Shown: positions 12,070 through 24,560, counted from the first letter of the whole stretch. The stretch is 63,999 bases of DNA, filler included, from Collodictyon triciliatum (GCA_043381765.1; 12 parts of 12 records of this genome joined end to end with filler, not necessarily neighbours in it), one strand, 5' to 3'. Program-made: numbers and translations. Notes: generated by a model not told the origin, from the sequence alone.

Positions 12070-12563
12070 AAAAAATTACCCTGAATTAACCCTAACAAAA
12101 TAGCAATATTTAGGATTTACTGTAAATAATTCATTATGTATATCTATTTTAACTTTCATTTCCTAAAATACATATTTCTAAAAAGTTCATAATTTCAAAA
12201 ATTTCAATTTTTTATGTAATAAAAATCTTAAACTTAATAACTTTGTAAATAATGAAGCGTAATTCCATGCACAATTGATAAAATATATGCAAGGTCATTA
12301 ATTAAATGCATGGGCTACTATTCATTACTGGCATTATTAAATTTATGAATTTAAGTCAAATAGATGCCTGATACAAATTCAAAAATAGTTTTTGCATACT
12401 TCAACTGATATTTTTTTAATTCATGCACGCGAATATTTTAACAATTATAAATAATACTGGTTTATTTTTGCTATTACCTCCTTTGTACAATTATCATAAT
12501 TAAATAATGTTTAAATGGAAAGAAAAATTAGGGTACTAAATTTTTTTGTCAGGGTAATTTTTT
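12070..12563. mobile_element. possible MITE/foldback-like element bounded by inverted repeats
   Basis: A perfect 15-bp inverted pair AAAAAATTACCCTGA (12070-12084) / TCAGGGTAATTTTTT (12549-12563) and an inner pair ACCCTAA (12089-12095) / TTAGGGT (12528-12534) enclose an AT-rich non-coding interior. Confidence 0.4.
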
Positions 12564-13644
12564 GTAAATTATTTACTGTAATATTATTATTATTTAAAAC
12601 TTTGATTATTCATGACATAATAACATTATATTGGATAGTTATTTCCATATTTTAATTAATCTTCATACTATTTTCAATATAGTTTTATTATTGAGTATAA
12701 TATCACTATCTGACTTCAAAATCTCATCGAATTTAATGTCAATGTATTCACTATAAAAGACAAGATCAAATATCAATACAATCGAAATTTTATTGATTCC
12801 ATGGGTGAAATATTAAATGGTTCAATATTATGTAATCTAAAAGTTCATTTATAAAAATTTTACTAACTTATTATAAAGATCAAATTTTGTTACCACCTGA
12901 TTTGATTAGTTCCATCATTTCCTTTTTGGGAAAGTGATATAATTAAACATGAATTAATTATAAAATTCCAATATGGTATTAGATGTATTGCATTATAATT
13001 TTTTTAGAGAATGAATACATAGGTTTATTTAATTTTTGAGACATATCTCTATACTGCTAAAATTTCATTTATAAACATGGGCAGACAATATAAGCTTGTT
13101 TCAATCTTTCTTGGCTAGTTCAATACCTATCATTGAGAAATTTATCACTAAGATATTTATTTGTTAAAGATAAATGTCTTTTGAAACCAAATTCTTAAAT
13201 TTATCAACTGAATTTTTCCTAATTAATTACTCGCGATGACGTTTACAGACGTAAAAAAATATAGATTTCAATATCATAAAAAAACATAATTGACAACCAT
13301 TCAAACTGTGCTGAAAAATTATTTGGAATCTTTTCATAACGAAACTTGATTTTTAATATTGACATAATTTTTAGTCCCTAGTCGATTTTTCAATAAACAT
13401 ATTTTAAATGGGGCAATTTATGTAAAAGCAATAGATATTTAAAATAAAAATATTTTGTAATAGCTCAGAGATAACATTTAAATCTCATGAATATTCTTCA
13501 TTAAATAAATAGGCATAATTTTACTTTTATGCGTTTTTTTAACGAAGGAAATCAATCTAGTGCCATTTATTGGCCATTAAGATCGACTCAAATGACTATG
13601 ATTTTAAAATTTAAATCAATATAATTAATAGATAAAAATACAGA

Positions 13645-16129
13645 ATGAAGACAAATTTTAAGTCTACAGCAGCTCTTTTTCTTATAAGTATATGATATAT
13701 TCAAAATTAATAATATTTCATTATATATTTAAATTAAATATATGATTAATAATTATATTGTCGTTAGGATTTATCATCTATGGTCAATTTTATGGGGTTG
13801 AAGGGCAGAACTATCTAATTCAAACGTTTACAGGTCACAACGGCGTTATATGGAGTGTTGCTATTACTTCTGATGGGTCTAAAATTGTTTCTGGAAGTCA
13901 CGATACTACAGTTAAAATTTGGAATTTTACTGATGGAACCTTGATTCGATCGTTGAATGGTCATACTTTAGCTGTTTGGGGTGTTGCTATTACTTCTGAT
14001 GGGTCTAAAATTGTTTCTGGAAGTGAAGATAGAACAGTTAAAATTTGGAATATATCAACTGGGGAGCTAATCAAGTCATCGATGGGTCATAAGTATGATG
14101 TATTTTGCATCGCTATTACTCCTGACGATTTTTACATAATTTCTGGAGGCTATAAAGAACTAAAAATCTGGACTTTTGATTCCTTAGTAATTATTCGTTC
14201 GTTGCCTGGTCTTACAGATTGGGTTACATGTATCACTGTTACCCCTGATAATTCAAGAATTGTATCTGGAAGTTACCAAACTATTGATATTTGGGATATT
14301 TCTAACGGAAAATTAATTCGATCGCTTCCTGGTGATTCCGATTATGTTCGAAGCGTTGCAGTTACACCTGATGGCTCAAAAATTGTGTCCGGAGGCGATG
14401 AGATCATCGTTAAAATTTGGAATATTCATGATGGAACTTTGATTAAATTTTTGAGAGGCCATACCACTTGGATATCAAAGGTTTCTATTGACCCTGATGG
14501 ATCAAAAATACTTTCTTCAAGTGCTGATAGTACAATCAAAATGTGGAATATTTATGACGGAGCTTTAATGAACTCACTTATTGGACACTCAAATGTTGTT
14601 TATTGTGTTACTTTTACTCCCGATAATTCAAAATTTATCTCTTCGGGTGATGCTGCAATCAAAAAATGGGGAGTCTGCTCTTCTGGTTACATTTATGATT
14701 TAAAGTCAAAATCATGTATAATTTGTCCCATTGGAAGCTACAGTAGCATTGGAAGTATGTCTTGTTCTATGTGTCCAGCTGGCACTTTTAATGACATCAA
14801 TGGTCAGTCATCCTGCAAAACATGTTTACCAGGAACATACAATCCATATATTGGTCAAAATTCTTGCATTTATTGTCCAGCAGGAACATTCAACCCATCA
14901 TCTGGGTCGGTGAATCAAACATCGTGCCAATTGTGTCCGTTAGGGACGTTTAACCCTTCCATAGGATCGACAGCTAAAAGTTCATGTCTTTTTTGTGCAT
15001 CAGGATCTTATAACCCATATGTCGGTCAGTCATATTGCTTGCTGTGTGCAGAAGGGACTTATAATCCATCACAAGGTTCTGAAAGCTCAAAATCTTGTAT
15101 TTCTTGCCCAGCTGGTACTTATAGTCCTTCAATGGGACAAAGCAGTTGTATTTTATGTGAATCTGGTTTCTACAACCAAGAGCCAGGAAGAAGATTCTGC
15201 CTACCATGTCAACCAGGAACGTACTCCAATTCCTCTTTTTCAACTAGATGTGAAGAATGCCCATCTGGTTCTTATAATCCAAATGTTGCATCAGCCAGTA
15301 TAAGCAGCTGTCAGCCGTGCCCTAAAGGAAGGTTTTCATCAAAATCTGGCGAATCAACTTGTGAACTTTGTATACCTGGTACATACAATTCTCTAGTAGG
15401 CCAAACTCAATGCTTCAAATGTGATATAGGATCATATAATCCAAAATTTGGTTCCAGTAGCATTAATTCTTGTGAGAAATGTCCGCAGGGTACCTATGGA
15501 AGCAGAAATGGAGATGATTGCACACCATGTTCTGTCGGAACATTCAACAATAAAACTGGTTCATTTAATGAATCATCATGCATTTCATGCTCCAATGGAA
15601 GCTACAGCTCAGAAAGAAGCTCATCATGCAGTCTATGCTTATCAGGATACTATCAAAAAGAAGGAATCACGAAAGACTCAAAATCATGCTATGCTTGTCC
15701 AGAAGGCACATTCAACTCAAACTCCGGCTCATATGGCAACAAATCATGTATTAAATGTCCACAAGGTACTTGGAATGATAAGGATAGTCAAGCATCATGC
15801 ACATCATGTCCAGCTGGTACATTCAACAATAAAACTGGCTCATTCAATCAATCTTCGTGCATATCATGTCCGAATGGTAGTTACAGCTCAGAAAGAAGCT
15901 CTTCATGCGGTTTATGCCCTTCAGGATATTATCAAAAAGAAGGTATCACAAAAGATTCAAAATCGTGTTATGCTTGTCCAAAAGGCACATTCAACTCAAA
16001 CTCCGGCTCATATGGAAACAGGTCATGTACTGAATGTCCACAAGGTACTTGGAATGATAGAAATGGTCAAGCATCATGCACGTCATGTCCAGCTGGTACA
16101 TTCAACAATAAAACAGGCTCATTCAACCA
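13645..16129 (+). CDS. signal peptide + 7 WD40 repeats + Cys-rich GCC2/GCC3 (ephrin-receptor-like) repeat stalk; 3' truncated by contig end
   Basis: Exon 1 13645-13687, intron GTATAT...TTAG 13688-13767 and exon 2 from 13768 give MKTNFKSTAALFLIRFIIYGQFYGVEG/Q. Seven GH...W repeats follow, then many CxxCPxGT(Y/F)N repeats. Confidence 0.88.
15537..16129 (+). repeat. 279-bp (93-aa) near-identical tandem coding repeat in the Cys-rich stalk
   Basis: GG(A/T)ACATTCAACAATAAAAC starts at 15537, 15816 and 16095. The contig breaks in the third copy. Confidence 0.9.
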
Positions 16130-16229
16130 NNNNNNNNNNNNNNNNNNNNNNNNNNNNNNNNNNNNNNNNNNNNTTAATTAATTAANNNNNNNNNNNNNNN
16201 NNNNNNNNNNNNNNNNNNNNNNNNNNNNN

Positions 16230-16449
16230 TTTGGGTGTGATGAGTCCAACGCCTCCTTCTGTAGGTGGCTTAATCAGTGTTTTGATTTTGTATTGCTGTC
16301 TCTTTGTTGTGATGAAGGTGCGGCATATACTCTCCAGTGTGTCGAGATGCTTTAGGGGTAGGTGAGAGCCCTTCATGTTGTGGATGAGGATGGATAACAT
16401 GAGTTGGTTCCATAGTCTCGCTTTTCCGATGTCTGACAGATGGTATCTA
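16230..16449 (-). mobile_element. non-LTR retrotransposon (L1/Tx1-like) ORF2 fragment, post-RT region
   Basis: RYHLSDIGKARLWNQLMLSILIH...LESICRTFI...LIKPPTEGGVGL matches the LxxPxxxGG(L/V)G motif found after the RT domain. Confidence 0.72.
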
Positions 16450-16517
16450 TAAAAAGTACCAGATGGTAAATAGATTCATCAAAATAAAGCTTCTTAATAA
16501 AATGAAATATGTCTCAC

Positions 16518-19500
16518 CTGTATCCTAAGCCAGCCATAACTACTCCAACTTTCTTCTTGTCATGTTCTCGTAATAACGAATGAGGAATGATTGGGCAACA
16601 TCCTTTCATCACCTTCGGTCAACTTTGTGACAGGTATGGTTTCCAACCCACTTTTCTTCTTTGGTTTATGATAGATTTATTTAACTTCCCAAATCGTGTT
16701 TACCAACAATGTAAACATATCCAAAAATTAAATAAATCCTGAATACCGCGCAACAATCATGGCTAAAGATGGCGGACACAACCACGGCAAGTTTAGATGG
16801 TTCTGTGGGCAACCAGGCAGTAGATGTGGGCTTCCTTGAAACTAGTGATTTTGAGTGGTGCCATCGATGAGGAATACATATTTCTCGTCTCTTTAAAAAA
16901 AGTATTTAAGCTTCATCATTTCCCCTTCATTCAATTCAAAGATTTAAATTCCCACTTAATCAGGAAAATAAAATAAAGAGGAGGTTAAAATTTGATAGTA
17001 TTGTTTTTCTCCTAAATAATTTTTAGCGAGCCCGAAGTATCTTTTATATAGTCTGAAGGAAAAATAAAGTAATATTATAGTACATAGTGACACGATATAT
17101 CAAATTAAAAATTAAAGGTATAGCCAAATTAGCAATCTAATCACATACCTCCAGCTTCACTCGTCCGATAAATTTGACAGAGTTTGTGACCAAAGTCCAT
17201 AAGCGATTCGAAGCACTAAATAATAAGTTTGAATCAAAAACCACATATCATGTAATAAAACTTTTTAAAATTTAATAAATGAAAGTAACCAACTATTCCA
17301 CAGTTGTTGAGACTGGTGCATCCGACAAAATGGAAAAAGTCATTAAGCCTAGGATGTTTCACTACTTCAAGGTCACTCGCTGTAGCAACCATGAGCGATG
17401 ACTTTTCAACCCCAGACTCGGCAGCAAGAACGGTGATTTTGGACTTCTTCATATTGAGCTGATTCATATCCTGGCAAAATGATTGGTAGAAAATAAGAGT
17501 ATATTTTTTGCCATTTTGATTACTCATTCTTCATTTCAACTTACTCACCCCATGATTGTCATTAGAATCTCCTTTCTTCCGACAAACCCGGCCAGTCGAC
17601 GCACCTTGAACTGGTGCTGCGCTTGGTCTTCAGGGTCTTCACCTAATGTATAGTTATTTGAACAAAATATAAATGTAGTATGTATCAGCAATCAATAAAA
17701 AAAATCTTAATCCATTAAAAATAAAAAATAAAGTCAGATTCCCAACGTCACGGTCGATGGCGTAGGTGAGATGGTGAATCACAAAGTTTGAATACTCCTT
17801 CGCACCTTGGTAGAAAACATGCCCGACCTTGGCCTTGAATTTCCTTTGAGCTCCTCCTGCTTTTACGCTAAAAATATGATAAATGTCTAATTCCTTCATT
17901 TTATCATTATAATATGATTCCTGGAAAATAAAAAAACCGAAATTCTATCAGTTATTAAAATCCTCTTCGCTTTCACCTTGGGATAGCTTTCTTTTTTTAT
18001 CGCCCGGGGCTTTTTGGACGGCAAAGTGCTCATCACAGAGATAAAATAAGGCACAACCGCATGCTGGTTCGTCAATCAGACAGGCGTGTTGAATCAGAAC
18101 ATGCTTTTTGATTAGGATAATGATTCAATTTATTTTAATCATTCGTGATAAGAAAAAAATGATTGTTTTGATTTCATCTCGCATTCAGCCACAATCAACC
18201 CGTATTTCGTTTTTGAGAGGGAATTGGCCATTGATTTCTCTGCACCATTCAACTCAAACATACTTTATGGTAGCATCAGGCTTGGTTTTCAGCATTTCAT
18301 CAAGGCTGACTGACTTGTTCAGCTCGAGTTTGCTTTGGTCAGGAGTCCAGCCGTAATGCGCACATAGAGAATACACAAACTATGGGCAATTTCGGATGGA
18401 GTCCAAACAACGAATCAAAACTTGCAATATGTATTAAAAAAAATTGAGGTTTTCATTTTAAAGAACGCAAAAAAATTATTAAAATTCGAATACGCTATAG
18501 TGCTATAATAAATTGATTAGCCATCTGTCACTACTATTCTCAGAAATCAGCCCATACACAAATCGATAAAGAAGAAGTAAACTCACTTCAATCTCGCAAG
18601 TCTCTTCAACCTGAAACTAAGATAATTTTGCAAAATAAATGGCGACATGAAATTGTGAATTGTCAAAAATCAATAAGTAAAAATGTAAGGTGACTTACTT
18701 AGGACTTCGTTCTTGAAAAACTCTTCCCTTTCTTGTTGCATATCTCAGAAAGTGGAGTAAAGGAAAAATGGATGATGCGTTCGTCAAAGACAATGAACAG
18801 TAATGGTGTGGAGGTCTTGTATCTTTGTGGCCGGATTCCACTTCTTGTAGTGCGTCTCTTTCATGTCTTCACGAGCAAGCTGCATCTGAATTGAATTTGC
18901 GTTTTCATTTTACAAAACTTGATAAATATGATCAATTTTTATTTCTAATTCATTTATGACGTTGCCAAGACGAATTCAAGTGCAGATGAGCACGACAAAG
19001 CCCTTTTCTTTCAGACTAAGCGCTGTACCAATGACTATTATTTAATTTATGGTATTAACAATTGTCCAATATTTATACGAACGATATAAAAGATAAAAAT
19101 ATAAAGGAGAAATTCATATTCCAACCATGCAAAGGAAACGGGGCCTTTGCTCTTTCGTAGGATTCTTGGCAATATTTTACCTCTCGCGGCATTTTTCTAC
19201 AATCTTAAATAATCAATTATTATTTTCAAGATGTCACCAAATCACCGTAGAAATTAAAAATCAAGTAAAAAAACATTACCCCAATTCTTCATAAATGCCC
19301 GACCGCTATGTCTAATAAGATGCTGAGGATTGGATTGAAAATATCTGTGGAAATATTCAAGTGTCAACCACTCATATAAATAAATGGATGATTCATGAAA
19401 AAATCTCAAAAAAACTCATTTAAAAGAAATATAGCTAAAATTAAGCACAGCAGCGTAATACATCATAGCAGCAACCACTTCATCATGCACATACAGTTTC

Positions 19501-19795
19501 AGAATCAAATTAATAATAAGTTTTTGATTCTCTTCAACACGAATATCCTCTTAAATAGCTTTGCCACTGATAAAAAAGTTTTACATACCAACATTTGAAA
19601 AATAAATTAAAAACTGTAATATTGTAAATATATCATATTCAAAAAATCGGGAATAACACATTCCCAGGAACTTTCAATTGACCCTCTCGATCAGCGTGTC
19701 CAAAAAGAAGCTGTCCATCCAGTCGTTGCGGATGTTGTTCGCCTTGAGCTAGATTTTTCTCAGGTGATGTTTAACCCATTCGATGAAAACCTGCA
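16518..19795 (-). pseudogene. multi-exon pseudogene: calponin-homology-like + DUF4062 + NACHT (NWD/TEP1/NPHP3-type)
   Basis: Exon remnants in order: QVFIEWVKHHLRKI*LKANNIRNDWMD (CH-like); FLYSTF*DMQQERE, FFIDLCMG and CLDSIRNCP*FVYSLCAHYGWTP (DUF4062); FVGRKEIL, VLAAESGVEKSSLM, FFHFVGCT, YVFLIDG and AWLP (NACHT). Stops and frameshifts occur throughout. Confidence 0.75.
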
Positions 19796-21637
19796 ATCAC
19801 AAATTAGCATTAGTAATCCAATAATTTCCATATAATAAAATCGTAATTTATCGATAATGTACATGAGGACAGGATTAGCTTAATTACAAGACAGGCTGAC
19901 CTTGGTCTCAGTGCTTGTTCCGGTTGCAGACGTGTGATAAATTTACCTATTCCTTCTTGTGTTCATAAAAAATTTTCATCGGATATAATGTGAGATCAAT
20001 TATCAAACAAATTTGATGCGAATGAGCATTTCTCTTCTTTTCTTACATGATTATTGTCTTATTCGTGTTAATTAATATTTATAACGCTTTTTTGGATACC
20101 TCGAATGGGATTTAAAGTTTGTCATTGCACTATTATTTGCTTGAAACTTAATTATATCATCTCTGATTATTTTTCCTGTTAATAATCAAATAAACCATTC
20201 GATGCTTCAAATAAATCAGTCGATATGTGTGACATATTTCAATTATGTATCTTAACTGCTTCGTTGGTATTTAATAAATCTTTTTGATTTTGTTTTGGTA
20301 ATAGTATTTCCACGGGTTACTTATATATCATACAACCACAAGGTATGCTATTATTACTAGATAATTCATACATAAATGAGGAATGTGATGTCTGCGATTC
20401 CCTACGAGCTGAATATGTATTTATGGTCGATGTATAACATAATGCTTTAAAATCAATTTTAAACTGTGCGAGGTTTTCAAAAATCATATGGAATATTCTG
20501 TGTATTCTCACAGAATTCCATATTTATTATCGAAAATAATTTGTCATAGCGAGATTCATGAGATAACCTTCCTTAAATTACAATCTAGACTTTGTGACCT
20601 GAGGATTCTACGTGGGATTTGGATATTGCAACACCTGACCATCACCGCACAAGTTTTCCAGGGTTTGCCTGCTCACTCTTCATTCAATGTCTGCATGCTT
20701 TCCACGCGTATCTTATGACAAATAAATCATGAAACAAAGCTTCGTTAAGAATATCCTGTAAAATAATAAATCTCTTAGAATAAAATTAGCATGTATTTTG
20801 AATGAAAAATAGAAACAATCCTGACTTTCTATAATTTCACCTTTTATCATTTGTCCACATTGCTTAGGGCGAGGAACGATTCCAATAACCTGCACATTCC
20901 TTGAAGAACCCCTTATTGGGTGGTGGTGGCAAGTTAGGGTGCTGATTTTCCTCCTCCATTGTTTCACACGGTTGTGTTTAGAAGGGTTGAAGTTTCGTTT
21001 TTTTCTGCTTGACCACTCAGTTTGTGAAATCTCGCAGTGGTGTAAATCATGAGTATCTCATTTCTTTCTCTGTAATTCCAGCAGGGTATGAAAGGAAGAA
21101 GAAATCCTTGCATGTTTATTTTATTTTCTGGTAGTTTAGGTACTTTTGATGTCGAAAACTAGAAAAATGCATTATTCATCAAAACAGTTTTAAGCTTTGA
21201 AGTATAATGAGAGATACGACTTTCATTTTCATATACCTTCAATATCGGCCATGGTGGAACCAGGAGGAATGCCACAGATAATAGCAGAAAAAAGGACTGA
21301 TTACTCTTCGAATGGTTGAATTAAAAAGAAAGACTAAGCATTATTTCACTTTCCCATCTCGACATGCTTTTATTTTTTACATTTTTATGTTTTTTATGTT
21401 TTTTATGTTTTTTTATGTTTTTTTATGTTTTTTTATGTTTTTTTATGTTTTTTTATGTTTTTTATGTTTTTTTATGTTTTTTATGTTTTTTTATGTTTTT
21501 TTATGTTTTTTTATGTTTTTTTATGTTTTTTTATGTTNNNNNNNNNNNNNNNNNNNNNNNNNNNNNNNNNNNNNNNNNNNNTTAATTAATTAANNNNNNN
21601 NNNNNNNNNNNNNNNNNNNNNNNNNNNNNNNNNNNNN

Positions 21638-23800
21638 TATCGTCACAGGACCACATTTGTGGACGTTTCCATATTTCATAGTTGTTAGATTGTCAGGGCT
21701 GAGCCATGTTTCTTGGAGGCAGATGATGTCTGAATGAGAGAAAATAGCAGTGTTTAGAGCCTCTTTACTTTTTTGGTGTCGTTAATACCCTAACGTTCCA
21801 CGACAGAACGTTAAAACGCATGAAAATTCTATTGACTTTTGGAGGTTGTAGCCCCCGGTGATTGGCCCTCTCTGCTGGAGCTGGGTTGCCCAGAGTGGGA
21901 TGTTTTACTCGATTTATCCTTCATTTGGCCGGTGCCATAATTGCTCGCGGTTCGGCCAGGATTTGTCCGATGGTCTTGGGCTTTTGGCTGCAACCCCTCT
22001 GTAGCTGGCGTGTTGGGAGATGCACTCTGTTGGCCACTAGTAACCATCGGTTCCAATTTTCTTCCTCATCCACGCGGTAGGCAGGGCCACCCATGTTTCC
22101 GCTTTCATTCTGATTTGCTTTCTGGCTCTCTATATTCGGTGATGTACTTAGCTGATTCACTCTCTTTTCATCAGGATAGGCTTATCTTCGACGGTTTCGG
22201 TTTTTTTTGGGGCGCCAGTGATTGCAGGATGAGTAACCGGTGTTTTATATTCGTCTACGTTTCTTTTTCTTGGATAGGAAGCCTTTTCTCTCTGGGGAGT
22301 CGCAAGAGTTTCGACAGCAGGTCTGCTCCCATAAACAGTACTTGAGGAGTCATTTGTTGTTCCCGAAGCTTCAAGGTGCTCACTTTCTTCTTCAGCAGAA
22401 CCTTCTATGATTAAGACAGGTTGGATAGACTGTTGTTCTTCCAATCCCGAGTCTGGTATCTTGCTTCTTATGAATTGCGCAGCACTTGCTGAAGACAGAG
22501 TCTCTTGAGTGGTCCCAGGAGTCATGCCCTCTAAGGAGGTAGGCGGGTGTGGTTTGCTGAGTGCCATTATGCTGTTTCCCGATTCTGATTTCGAGTTGGC
22601 TTGGATTTCCCTTTTCTCAATATCCATTTTATGATTTGAAGGTGATTTTGGTGGGATATCATCGAATTGGGGAAGTTGGAAATCTTAGAGACTAGCGATG
22701 TTTCGTCCACTTCCTTGAAGCCATTCAATTGCTGATATCACCTCCTCCAAGTTCATTGGCGAACTTGATGCACTTTCGGGAAAATCGCCTGGTGTTTCGT
22801 CCATTTTTTTCGATATCCATTTCTTGATTTTGGGGCCGTTCTTGAACCTTTGTCTTGATTGAGACTTCAAGCACTTCATCCATGGGTGTCTTGTCGCGAT
22901 TTCTCTCTCTGGCATTAGAGGACGACGCGTGTTGCCTTTGGCCTTGTTTGTGGGCTCTGGGCTTGTTTTGCACAGACGATTCCTGCACGGTTGGCCAGTC
23001 TTTAGCGCCATAGTCGGCTACTTTTGTGTGGAAGCCCGAAAAGCGAGTGGCGGTGTTTTGTTTGTTGGTCACCACTTGATTGGTAGTGATCGACTTGGCA
23101 GCAGCTGTTTTTTGTGGCTTGACATTGTGTGTCATTCTCTTCTTTGTTGGGGAAAGTTGATGGGATGTCAGACTCTTTGAGGGCGCGTATCACCACGCGA
23201 CAGCGTCTGCCATGAATGACGACAAAGTGAGGTATTTCCCCATTTTTTCCTGTTCTTCGTCAAATGTAACGAGTGCATCATTCATGCATATTCCTCCAGG
23301 CTTGGTCCAGTTGACTTTGATTGGGGTGAAGTTCTCACTGAAGGCTTTAAAAATATCAGTCCAGTGAACCCCCAGCGGTATGTTAGACAGGTGCGCAACC
23401 TTTGTGACAGTTTTTGCTGGCATGGGGTTGTATTGGTGATTGAGGACAAGTAATGGCATCCAAATAATATTTTGGCCTCCTTTTCTCACTCTCAAGAATC
23501 CAAGTTGGAGGCTCCCTTGTATTATAAATCCGATATTCAACAGTAATCTTTTCTATGATTTGTAAATAGACATTATTATAAGTACCGTTCATATTGCATA
23601 TATTAACAAAAGAAAATAAGAGTGTTTGGTGCTACGGTATCATTACGCTTTTCCTTGATATCTCTCGATGGCAGCATATGTGCGGTTACAATAATGACCG
23701 GAAGTCTGTGCAGCTATTTTACTATTCGCTCTCTGCTGTTATTTGTTGAGAAAGTCTTCATGTGGAAAACATACATAAATTTCATTTTTGTTCTTTTTTT
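21638..23800 (-). mobile_element. 5' part of a decayed LINE: ORF1 (RRM-like + low-complexity) followed by the start of the ORF2 AP endonuclease
   Basis: ORF2 starts at about 21821 with MRFNVLSWNVR, a frameshift, then ...SDIICLQETWL (APE motifs I/II). Upstream broken ORFs include the RRM-like VAHLSNIPLGVHWTDIFKAF. Confidence 0.8.
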
Positions 23801-24560
23801 GTTTATATCAGGAGTGTGTTGTGTTATTGGGCATAGAAATACATCGAATTGTCATTTATAACTGAGATGGTTGGATGCGTTATTGAAATTGACCACAAGC
23901 TATGTTACAATCGAAACTTAAACGGCATGATGCGTTTGAAATGCGTTTGATGAAAAAAGCATGAAATTTTCCAGCCAAACTTAATTTTTATTTGCATTTA
24001 GAGAATTCAATGAATATGGTGAAAATAAAAAAATGTAAATTCGATGAAAAGTACTGTGTAAAAACTAATTCATGTGTCATCATTCGTGATTCTCTAATTT
24101 TTCTATATGACAACATTGGTTTATTTTTCTAATATTTGATGAATAACATGGGAAGAGAGTGAATGTATATTGAATGGAATGCATGATTTCCCAAAACCTG
24201 TTTTGATTGAAAGTTCTGTGCTTTGCTATATAAATGCCTTCTTTTATATAAACCTCCCACACAACCCACTAAAACACTGAAATGGATTATAAAATCGCCT
24301 CAAAATGTGTTCTTCCAAAGGAATAACTGAACACGCCTCTTTCTTTGAGGAGAGGCTCGCTTATTGATTTTTTTATTGATTTGGTTCAGTTTGAAATATA
24401 TCGATCTTTTGTTTAATGTGAATGGAGCAGTCATCAAAGAAGCTACAACTCGAATGTCCTTTGATTAATATCATGAAAGCTAGGGGAAAGGGGAAGAGGG
24501 TAAAATGAAATCTGAAATTAATTTCATAAAATAACAATAGGTATCCTCAGAGACACGAAT

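Noticed and set aside
12089-12095. CCCTAA/TTAGGG as telomeric repeat
   Set aside because: Only single copies are present, as part of an inverted repeat.
5608-16129. NACHT gene and the following WD40 gene as a linked split NLR locus
   Set aside because: They lie on different contigs joined by a spacer, and the WD40 protein has a signal peptide.
15448-16185. 245-aa overlapping ORF in the Cys stalk, and antisense ORFs over the WD40 genes
   Set aside because: These are shadow frames produced by repetitive coding sequence.
18745-18747. In-frame TGA at a conserved site as stop-codon reassignment or selenocysteine
   Set aside because: The same gene has frameshifts and TAG stops, and intact genes here translate with the standard code and use TAA, TAG and TGA as stops.
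20500-21310. Possible decayed LINE ORF1 (IICGIPPGSTMADI) on the minus strand
   Set aside because: Too degraded to support as a feature without an alignment.
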